Positions 13,648-26,000 of a DNA stretch of 64,000 bases are shown here, one piece after another; the stretch's first letter is position 1; the number at the start of each line of letters is the position of its first letter. Location: positions 654,636-718,635 of the forward strand of contig CM082596.2 in NCBI GenBank assembly GCA_040954595.2, in the 5' to 3' direction. Both the position numbers and the translations under genes were made by a program. Origin of the DNA: Balanoglossus misakiensis. Taxonomy: Eukaryota > Animalia > Hemichordata. The notes beneath the pieces were generated by a model, which was not told the DNA's origin, ran no database searches, and saw only the letters and a program-made list of their open reading frames with translations.

Positions 13648-16600
13648 CATTATTGAAGGACCCCACACTTTAAATATTTCAAAAGAGACTGTCACACAAT
13701 TGATCATTTCATGACTTAATGATGCTGTAAACATTCAAGCAGACATGGACACATCCAGACGAGGAAAGACAGACATTTATTGTCGTGATGGTGTGATATT
13801 TCACTCACACGAGCGAACATATGAGATAATGCTGGTACTTCAAAGATATAATAAACACCAGAATCGTAATCAAGCATAGCGTGCCATACCTTATACAGCA
13901 AAAACGTAAACACCAGACTGTTATATTAAGACCTCAATGATAAAATAAAGTATTTTGGGGTAGATGATGGTTGCAACGCACATGAGTTTTTCAACTTCAA
14001 GTGTACACTTACAAAAAGGAAAATAAAAAAAATTGTAATTTCTATGGAACCAGTGTGACCAGGCTTTGTAACTGAGCTAGATGGTAATACAGAGTCAAAG
14101 CAAGACCCTAAGCAGGCAAAACATACCGGTATATTATGATCAGACACCTCACTCAAATATGCAAAAATGGCACATATCATTACTGTAAGTGACACTTAAA
14201 ACTGGTGAATGTATGCCTAGCTAATTTTCTTGAGCAATAAATATTAATTTTTGATGCTTCTTATTCATGTAAATCCAATAAACAGGATAATGAGCTTTAA
14301 GATAATTAGCCATCAACAAATGGAATAACAAAGCCGCTTAGTGGCCTTTACATGCGATAATTATGTTTCCACTGTTGAGCACAATTAGACAAATTGATTG
14401 AGGAGAAAACGCCAATTTCCTTGAAACTAAAAAAAGGTAATCTGATCAGAGCTCGATGTAAGATGCAAATCAGCTAAATTATGACGGAATGACATTAGAA
14501 TAATTTCAACGACATGTATTACGGTGACATAGAGACCTCAACAGTCAAGCCTCGTCGAGATTGCAAAGTATGAAGTGTTCTCCGTAGTTATGGATGAGCT
14601 CTACTTTATCGAAAGGCAAACTCTTTGAAGAATACAGGTAAGTGAAGAAATAGGACAGCCTTCACAGCTAATTCAAACGTTTTGACAGACGGCTAAAAAC
14701 CTGGGTTTGCTACAGAGAGACTGCAGCAGAAGATGAGAACTATGGGACATGTTCGTTGATACGGTGGAGTTCTGTTCATACTGGTTAATATGATCGGTGT
14801 TACTGACAGAAAGGTGTATCATTTAAGGTTACGCAAAAGTATTGTCAAGGATCGGACAACGAAGCATTTATTGATGGTCTCATTAAACAAAGTCTGTGTA
14901 ATTTACCGTACTTCCCTTGAAGACTTTTCACCAAGACACAGCTTACTACAGATTAAAGCTAACGCAAGCAAGCTAGCGAGACTATATTCAAATAATTGTA
15001 TGGTAGATTTGAAGATGATGTATCCAAAATGACACGATCTGTTACTCAAATGTTAAATGACAGCATTTCTGGCTTTGGCTCACAACTGTGATTTTGTGGG
15101 TTTATTAGCTTCCATCTTCCCTTGATAGTGGTACACATTTCGTTAAATTTGGTTTGTTAGCTGGAATATTTTAAAGGCTAGCGTAATGACAACTTTGTGG
15201 ATTAATTTCTGAGGATTCAAGTTGAATTCCCTCCCGTTGCTGATCATAACACCAGCAATTTAATAAACATGTATCTGGCTTTAATCAAGGTGTGTTATTT
15301 ATTGCCTAAAAACAGCATTTTATGCGAAAACTGGGAAATAAGACGCAGCTGGAATTACAACTAAACATGCATGGAATTATGGTTTAATTACTAAACTTAC
15401 TGATTAAGGCTGCACAATATTAAAGTTGAAGCATTTTGCATTGTTTCTTCTAAAGTACGTATTAATATTTAAGAAGTATTCATTAAGTCGCAGGTGTCCC
15501 TGAAGCATGAAATTAGTAGATGCCAGTTATATCATTCATTCTGTCAATTGTTCACAATGACTCAATGGGACAATGACTGAGAAATGTCAATCAATTTTAC
15601 CATCACTTTCTTGATAATTTAGCTGGCTAAATTGATACTCTTATGACAATGAGTTGTCAACCTTTTACCCAGAATGCACTTATTATAAGTAATAAGTCGC
15701 TCTTATTAAAGGCCTTACTCAACAGTGGGCCAAATCTTTTGTTTCCAATAAACAGTAAACACAAAAGCTTTCTTGCGTGCCTCCATTGTACAGCCCTGGG
15801 ATCAAGAAAACGGCCTTTAAATAATGTTGCGAAAAAGCATGTTAACACTGCTGGTATACGTGTCTATGATTAGGTAGCAAACAAATAAATTCTGCTGGTT
15901 GTTATGACGATACTACACTGGTGCGTGAAGTTTATTCTCACGACCTTAAATAGGTTTTGCTACCTACTGGTGAGTGATAGAAATATGTAGTCTACAGAAT
16001 GTCAAGATGGCGAATTATGGTAGTTCAGAACCTAAATTAATGTTAGGTAAGACTGAATTTTTTGTAGCAGAAACATCTGTAGCAAATTTCAACAAATTTG
16101 GTGATTTCAGTTGAAGTATGTCTGTAATAACAATTTAAGATTATCCTAATATGCAAATGGAGGAAATTGCATATGACACGCATTGAACCATCATAATGTT
16201 TAAAGAATGATATACTGGTATGTTGTAAGTGTTTACCATACCAACAAACTGGCAGACAGACAGGTAGGCAGACAGACAGACAACAGTACAGCTGTTAGTG
16301 CACGGGGCTAAAATGACTTGTGAACAAACTAAGTTAGTACATGGCACAGCTGGTCTTCACTTGGGAAATTTAAGCCTGATTAATCACAGACATTTGATAG
16401 TCATTTTACAACAGCACATTTGGTCATTATTTACCCATTTTCTTTGCTATATAGTTGTGATGCAGCAAATAGCAAAGTCACCAAATGGGGTTACAATAAG
16501 ACTCGGATGAGTATATTTAGACATGTCAATTCAAATGCTTTTACTGGTGGTTAATAAACAGATGTATAGGTGCGACACATATGTACAAGAGAACACTGGA

Positions 16601-16730
16601 AATAGAAAGCCATACTCAAGCTTTATACCTGCAAAAACTGCAATATTTAAACAGATTACTGTACATTTGGTATTTTGCTTTTGTTAGGACAACAGTTGTG
16701 AGTTCGCTCAGAAAGTAATTGATATTTACA

Positions 16731-17016
16731 ATGGGTGACAAAAACACATGGATATCGATGCATGACTTCAATGGCAAAGTCAACAGGTAAGTCAGTTTCT
16801 GTACATTGGATTTGAGATTTTCTAAATGCCACAAAGAGACAAGATCAGTTGGAGAATACCTTCTGTACATAAAAATGAAATGAAAATACTCTATGTCATC
16901 AATTTTTCGAAAGTGATCAATCCCTTCATCACTTCGTCAGTGGGTGGTATCACTTATTTGATCTGTTGCCTTTGGAGTTATGGAATGTCTCACTGACAGA
17001 TTCATGGGTTCATAGG

Positions 17017-17070
<54 letters not shown>

Positions 17071-20000
17071 CAGTGGCTGATAGTGAAGAATTTTTTCATA
17101 CATTTTTAGGACAGATAAGACCGAACAGTTTGCTCAAGACAAAACCTTGCGTGAAAGTGATGAAAATGTAGCGAATAGAGAACGTACAACGTATATTGGT
17201 ATCATTAAGGGGTTTGGTTTGGAGACCACTGCCCATGGTATTCCGAGAATCGCTGGTGCGAAGTCAACAATCGGCCGATTAATCTGGTGTGTGTTGTTCC
17301 TGGCTGCCGCTGGTGCATTCTTGCGACAGCTCATAATTTTAGTGGATCTTTACGTGCAGCGTCCTGTGACAGTACATATTGCAGTCGTGTCAAAGTCCTC
17401 TCTGGACTTTCCTGCCATTACTGTATGCAACACGAACAGACTTAGAAGTTCTGCTGTTCACAACAGTATCCACAAGGAACTAACCACGGCAGTTGAAGGA
17501 ACAGAGATATTGCCATACTATGGTGAGTTCATCCTATATCTTACTTAGCCCATTATTATACTGTCATAACTTCATAATGTACATAAAAATCCACCCATGC
17601 CTATGTAAACACTCATCAGATATTTGAATAAAAGCAATATGCAGCAAATCACATTTTCCTTTTAAAAGTAAATGCAAACATGTTGACAGCTTGATGGGTA
17701 TTATTAGCAGAATCCCCTGTGCTTTTATGTCGTGGGAAATTCGTAGCTTTATAACTGCAATCTCTGTACATGGCACAAGACAGCTTGACAACCAGCTTTG
17801 TAATCATTAATTTTCACAGGCAATTTACGCTACGAAATTTAATTGTGCTGATTAAAATTTCATGAGGAAGACATCAACAGAAGATCAACTTGGAATTTCC
17901 ATTAAAACTTAATTACTTTCACATCACAATTATTCTCACCCTATCTAATAACTACAAGATATTGCCGGAGATTATTATATTGAAAGGGGGTGACCTCGGT
18001 AATTTCTAACAAATGATAAAAATGACTGTTCCAGTTGAAAGTAATGAAATACGCAGGCTTAATATAATACTATTGTTGCATCTTTAATACAATTTTGTGA
18101 ACATTTGAACTTTCAGTCTGGTATTACTTGTTCATTATTATTTGTGAAATTTCATATTGCACTGTTACAAATGTTGTCTGCAGATTAACCATGACATATT
18201 CACAAATGATTGATATTATCAATATCCATATGCATGTGTTTGCCGTTGTTCTAAATAAGTAAACATGAATCGGTAGATAATACTTGTACAGAAAATTTGA
18301 AGTCAACTTACTTTCATAGGGTGTTGTGTTCAATTTTCTAATCACTTGATAGTCTTTGGGCAACATACACATGACAATAACGTTCTTAAAGACATGAAAC
18401 CCTAGAGCATGATCACAATATCTTTCATTTCCTTGTAATCGCAGCGCCATGTCTAGATGGTGATTTCATATGCAGTAACGGTATAACATGTATAAAGTCG
18501 TACCTAGTTTGTGATGGAGCTGTTCAATGCCAAGATGGGAGTGATGAAGAACACTGTCAATATGGTAGGTGAACTGTTTATTAGGGCCATAGTCAGAAGT
18601 TATCATTTCAATTTACACCCAAAAGTAAGTTTAAGCTTATACGTCTTTTCTTTTGCCATTTAATAATCTAGCTGAATGCGCGCATGCACAGTTCAAGTGC
18701 CAGAGTGGAAGTCCTTTTGGTTTGTGCCTTGAGGAGCATAAGATATGCGATGGAACCGATGACTGCTATGACGGAGCTGATGAAAATTCATGTGGTACCT
18801 TATCTTGCTACTTTTAGACATTTCAAAATGGCTTTGTGCAAATATCAATAATTTCATGCTTAATACACACAAGGAAACATTTTTCAAAGAGTGGCATTTA
18901 CATATTTATATTACTAGAATATTAAGTGTGACGTTATCTGATGAATGGGTCACAGTTTTCTGAGGATTTTTATCTTGAGCTTTCTGAAGCATTAAAACGA
19001 GTCAAATTTTTTCAAGATGTGGAATCTCACTACATTTTTGATGTTGGGTTCACCATCCTCATTTTCACAGTTTGCAGCTCACTTGAATTTGAATGTAAAT
19101 CTGGCGGGAAATATGGCCATTGTATACCACTGGAGAATCTGTGTGATGGATACAAACATTGCAACAATGGTGAAGATGAGACAATTGAAAGCTGTGGTGA
19201 GTCACCTTGCTTTTTCATTTGTGCGATCCATCATCAAATTTGTCAAAAGTGCATGAATGTTTCAATAGGGAAATATAGTGTATTATCAGTACATATTTGA
19301 CATGCGAAAGTGTAACACTCTTTCCATTCCAACAGTCAAGATTTATATCCTCGCTTAATGTAGGTTCTGGAGTCTTTTGAAACCAATTCATTTTATTTTC
19401 AGCTAATGACCATGGTTTTGTTTGTGATGGGACCAGGCGTATTCCTACAAGTTGGCTCTGTGACAATATTCCTGACTGTTTGGACCTAAATGATGAGATA
19501 AAATGCACATCCTATGGTAGGATAAGACAATTTTTCTTATCTATATCATGTAAAAGACCAATGAGCGTCATAAGTTCTTGCCATGTAAAATTTGGAAAGA
19601 TCAGACAGGTTTTTGATCACACATCTGCATTTATCCTTTACAGAGACCTGCATGTCAGGACTTTTTACCTGCACGAACAAAAACTGTGTTTTGATGAACT
19701 CATTGTGCGATTTTGTCAACGATTGTGGAGATTGGAGTGACGAGGAAAATTGTACATATGGTAAGTTAATTATTATGACCATCATTGACCCTTCTCTACA
19801 TATTCATGTTTATCGTTTATACAATAACATGCTTATACTCTACACCTATATTTGACCTTCTCGATGCAAGTTCCATGTCCAGACACATCAAGCAGATGTC
19901 CGAATGGCAAATGTGTAAACAGTTTAGAAGAGTGTGATATTTACATGGGCTGTGGTGATGATGTTGCCGCAAGCAAATGCAATCAAAGCAGTGAGTATCA

Positions 20001-23000
20001 GAAAGTGTCCTTAACATTAGGTAGAATGCGCCTTGAAAATCAACGTCCTAAACTTTTTCTCATATTTTGTTCAAGGCAACTTTAGATTATTCCCTCTTAA
20101 AAATATCGTTATTGAAATTTTAAATTTACTAACTTTAACTATTACTAACATTTGAAACTCCTTCAATGTGAAATCAATGTAGCTCCATGTCCTGGTCGAC
20201 TGGTCCGTTGTGAAGATGGCAGATGTGTCACTGCGGAGAGCAACAGCTGTGGTGATGATATTGATTATATTGGCAAGTAACACATGTTGTAGCAATATGA
20301 CAAAGGTTCAACTCCCTAAAGCATCATAAATGGTTCATTATTTAACTAGTTTATGAACACACGCCATGTGCACAGTCAACATCAATTACTATCATAAATT
20401 GAATACATCATGTCTGATGTGCATGTGTGTGTATTCAGAGGGGAAACTCAGTACAGACTATTTTACATGCATCTGTTGTTGCAGAAGTGATGGCTTATTG
20501 CTTTTTGATTTCAATTGTAGAATCTTTATCAATGCCATACCCGGAGAGCGAGTTTCAGAAAATATATGGTCATGTGTTAATGGCGGTGCCAAGAAGAGTA
20601 TTGATCAACACCATGGAAGAAGAATGTTTGATGGCATGTGTGAACGAGACTGATTTCATCTGTCGTGCTGTCAACACATTACCAGAAAATGTTTGTGAGC
20701 TTTTGGAAGAAAGCAACTCGTTATTGACTAATTCGTTAATGGTGGCAAGTGATTCTGTGTACTATGAATATAGGAAAGGTAAAGAACTTTTCATTTGTGT
20801 AACAAAGTCATGAAATACACTGTCTTAAGGTAAAAGGGTCAATGGGTGTGTGTTAAAGGTAAACTCATTTTTTTCCAGCATCGATTTTCTATTGATTACA
20901 CAATTTTGCATCTCTCTGTGAAGATCACACATGTAATGCAATTGTTTTTAACAGCCAATCATCCATTCAACGCTGTCACTTCACACCATGGTTACGCTCT
21001 CCATGGATACACAGAGAAGAAAATCTTAAACATCGATGAACAGGAATGCATTCTTGCATGTCTTACATCACCTGGTTTCCTTTGCCGATCTGTCGACTAC
21101 TTCAAGGATGCTAAAATATGTTACGTGAATGTGGAGAATGCTTGGAGTGCGGGCGTTAGTCTTTTGAAAGATGGGCTATTCAACCACCATGAAATTCGTG
21201 ACGGTGAGACCAAGTTCGTTTCATGTCCAAATGACATTCTTCTTGATTGAGTCTTTATGTACAACACAAACCTGGTTGCACCAACAGATGTTAAGCTTTA
21301 ATTTAAAAATACCCTCCATTTTATATTACGATAAGTTTAAAATGTGACTCTCCCTCATGGTCAGGTGTGTAAAATTTGTCCACCCTCCTGGATCTCTCCA
21401 GCTGACCCTCGCATCTTTTATGTTGCCAATCCATTCCATTCTCTCAACAGAAATTTATCCGTTTAACCAGTTCAAGGAATACGCAGGTTTTATGACATCA
21501 GTGATTGATGGGAAGAGAATAACCTCTCAAACAATCCAGCAGTGTCTTTCCAAATGCATGATTGAACCAACTTTCGACTGTGTGGCTGTTGATTGGTCCA
21601 CAAGTGGACTCTGTCTACTACTGGACAAATCCTTGCAATCACCAGATGTGCAGCTTATACCCAATGCTGAATTTGTCCATTATGAGGTCATAGACGGTAA
21701 GCTTCAAATTCCTCATAATGACAGTATTTCTCTGCAGATTTGCATCATCTATTTCACGTGCATCAATTAAGAGATTCTCAAAAAGTGCAGTGGTCTCATT
21801 TTCGAATTTCTGTGGTACATTCAGGTGTAAATAAATGCAAAGCAAATCCTTTCTTTTTTATAATGCAGCATTTCCTCGAAATTACTTCATCAAGTCTACA
21901 GGGCGTGCTCTTACATCATACAATGACCATATTATTCGCCGTGTTAGCCTGTCAGAGTGCTTGCGTTTTTGCCTGGAGGGACCAAAATTTGTCTGTCACT
22001 CGGCTGATTATTCAAAATATGCCAATTGTTTCATGAGTACAGAAACTCCTGAAACTACTGAAACAGGGCTCGGGTTTTACAAGGGTACAAACTATTACCA
22101 GAGTAAAAAGGGTGAGTGTAGCTTCGTATTGTGTACACCCAATATTGTTGTTTGACATTATCAATTGTCTCAGTTCACAAGCCTAATATTCGCTACTTCA
22201 GCGATACTGGTTCGTTGACGGACATGAACTTGTACAGCAATCAATTTGAATTCCATTGTATCATTGAAGTAAGCTCAATAGGAATGCCTTGCTGTTGATT
22301 TATCTGTTTGCTTTGATACTTTCTGTATAGCTGTTTGCATAGAAGGTGACTTTGCCTGTGATCATGGATGGCAGTGTATCAAGGCTTCTCTGCACTGTGA
22401 TGGAATACGCCATTGTGTAGATGGAAGCGATGAAAAACAATGTCAAGGTAGTCAGGTTGAATTTATTAGTTTAGTTTTATTTGTAGAAAGTTGTTAACCA
22501 TGTGTAACATTTCACAAAACTTCATTATGCATTTCTTCAAGATACTGAAAATGATGAAATAAATATGGAAGAGTAAGTAAACATGTTTTGCAGAATCGAC
22601 TCCCAAAATTCACTTCATTCAATTCAATATTGTGAATTCAACCATATATCACTTTACATGGAAAAAGCCTAAGTTCAATGTTTTAAACCATAATTTCACT
22701 ATAGGCTATTCTTGTACGGAGGAAGAATTTCTATGCAATAAGGGATCATTTCATGAAGAGATTTGTATTTCAAAAGAAAGTGTCTGTGATGGCTACCGTG
22801 ACTGTCTTGATGGTTCAGATGAAACCAGAGAACAATGTCGTGAGTATAATGAGTTTTACTGATGGAAACACAGTTTGTCGATAAGGCGACTAGAAAACCA
22901 TGTAAATCTTATGTAGGCTCACATACTTGTGTGTCACCATACACCTGGACAACTGTCCCAAAACAGTTAACACATTACCAGTGATTAAGAATGCTATCTT

Positions 23001-26000
23001 TCAAAGATAGAAACTATTATTGCCATTCGATAATAAAATTGAGAACATTGTTCTTTTGTGAAATAAGAAGTTAAAAATATTCTGATGTGATCATCTCCAG
23101 AAATTTGTCGAGGATTCTTGTGTGATGATACTCTCTGCATCGAAGACTCCAAGGTTTGTGATCACGTTGTCCACTGCACGGACGGGACCGATGAAAAATC
23201 CTGTCTGTATCGTAAGTACCTATCCATTTGTCTTGGAGACTTCTGATCAAAAGAATGTAGCACTTCAATTCAGTACTCAGCCAATTACTTTGGCATGTAT
23301 AATATACATTTTGTTTTTATGTATTTTACCCAGCTGTATGTACCAACAGAGAACACAAATGTCCAAACAAAATGTGTATTCCATTGGAAAAAGTGTGTGA
23401 CGGTGAAAACGACTGCTATGATTGGACAGAGGAATGGAATTGCAAATATCGTAAGTTTTTCAATAGGATCACTGCATGGTTCAGTAACCTATTACAATTG
23501 ACTTAGATTTGTGAAACTTTTGAAACTGTTGCGTTGATATTTCTAAATATCTCAGCTAACTGCAACAAAGTCTTTTAACGTGACTTTATATTAACACATC
23601 AAAATATCTTGTCTTAAAACAACATAGAACAGGTAAAGGAATGCCTCGTGTTCTGTACACATTGAACTGTGAATTCCACCTGAATGTTTTCTATATCACA
23701 GGTGGGGAATGCTACATGTTGGCCAATGCCTATGATTATCGTGGAAATGTTAGCAAAACAGTGAGTGGACGAGACTGTCAGAAATGGACTTCTGACTCTC
23801 CACACATGCATGACAGAGACCCAGAGGATTACCCAGGGGCCGGGATTGGTGATCATAACTTCTGTAGAAATCCCGACAACGAGGCTGGGATTTGGTGTTT
23901 CACCACTGACCCGGATGTTCGATGGGAATACTGTGAAGCGGGAATAAGGCAACAAAAATGTGATGGCGGTTGGTATCCAATCCTGTTCTTAACACATACA
24001 TTCCTTCATTTGTTTTGTAAAACAGTTGAACACTAGCTTATAGAAAGTGGCCAAGCAAATACAATGATATAAACTGTATGAAGCTGTCATTTTCCTAAGT
24101 TTTTATATTTTGTTATAATGAATGACTTTTCTCTAATTCTTGCTGCATATTTAGATATCCGGAAGTGTGACACTGAAAATGAATTTTCCTGTCGAAATCA
24201 GCAATGTATTGCTGAACATTTCCTCTGTGATGGCAGAAATCACTGTGGTGATTGGAGTGATGAATGGGATTGTCAATACAGTAAGTATACCTGCATCTTG
24301 GGCAAAAGTAGCATATCTTGGGTTGTACAAAGTTCATAGCAAGGAGGAAAGATAACAAAAGTGGACAAGATTGCAAAGTTCATGTGTTTAGTACAATTAG
24401 CATGCCAGGTCCACTCTAGGTCAACTATGGAGTGTCTTAGACCATTCCATGTCTCATCAGTAACTCTGTATCTCTTTTCAGGGGGAGAATGCTACATGTT
24501 GCAGAGTGGTGCAGATTATCGGGGAAATACAAGTGTTACAAGAAGTGGCAACGATTGTCAAAAGTGGTCTGAACAAACACCCCATCGACACAACTATTCA
24601 CCTGAGATGGTCAAAGGTCAAGGTCTAGGTGATCACAACTACTGTAGAAATCCTGGCCAAGCCCAAGGTCAATCTTCACCATGGTGCTATACTACAAACC
24701 CCAACGTTACCTGGGAACACTGCAGTCTCCCTGAACCTCTTGATACATGCTCCCAAAGTAAGTCATTATCTCCATGTACAAAGATACAACATCTATCTAT
24801 CTATCTACCTATCTATCTATCAAAATCTGTCTGTCTCACTCAACATTCCCTCTTGTATGTACGGTAATTGTGCTCTCATCTTTACGGTTGTACATCATTT
24901 CAGACACCATTTGTGCCAAGGATGAATTCACTTGTCACAGTGGTCAATGCATCATTGCCAAACAACGCTGCGACAGGAACCAGAATTGTGCTGATGGTAG
25001 TGATGAAGAGAATTGTGCATTTTACGTCGATGAAATGGGTAAGCAAAGTTTGGTGGTCCATGAAAGTTGAAGTGACCAACAGATTTGTGCTTTTTACTCA
25101 ACGCTATGCAGGATTAATTAATAAACAACAGGGTTGAAACCAGTCATTTAAATTCCATTTTTTCTCTTGTCATCCATACAGGTAGATGTCCTTCCTTTAC
25201 ATTCACTTGTAGGGATGGCACGTGTATCAATCCCTACTTCAAATGTAATGTACGAGTAGACTGTCCTGATGGCTCAGATGAAATCAACTGTCTACCGCCT
25301 GGTAAGAGAGTGATTCCACAGTACACTAATGTCATCCTTCATACTTATATCAAAGGATAAATAAAACAGAGAGAGGTAAACAAGACAGGAGCTGAGAGAT
25401 TATTTTATGGGGATTTGAGGTTAGGATTTCATATATTGGTCTGATATAAGATGCACTTGTGTGTACCACTCTTATCATCTTGAAGTGTTAACTTTCTGAC
25501 AGGTTTTGGTTCAGGATGTTATCGAGGCCGTGGAGAAGAGTACCGAGGACTTGTCAACGTTACAGAGAGTGGGAAAGCTTGTGTCAAATGGAAAGATTCA
25601 AAACACAAATACATTCCTGAAAAATTACCCGAAGCAGGTAACCAGCATAAAGCAGTAACACAATGAGTTTGTTCAAGTTATGAAGTATAACAAAATACAC
25701 AGCAAATGTTGTGTGAATATTTGTCTGTGTTTTTGAAACTGAATTTCAAATACAGAAGCAAGCTCAATTTTCACCAATTACAATGTATACCACTATTATT
25801 AGGCTTCATTGTCAGGCCGAAAGAATACCACAAACTTTACAATTGCTTCTATTGGCACAAAATAAATCTATCTACATGGGACTGCATGTGATCAAATGCA
25901 TGGAAGTGAAATGTGAGTAGTGGTCTAAATTTATCAGTTAACCGAATAACTATATCTGCTGGTATTCAATGTACTAGAACCTTTTTGTGCCAGCATAGAT

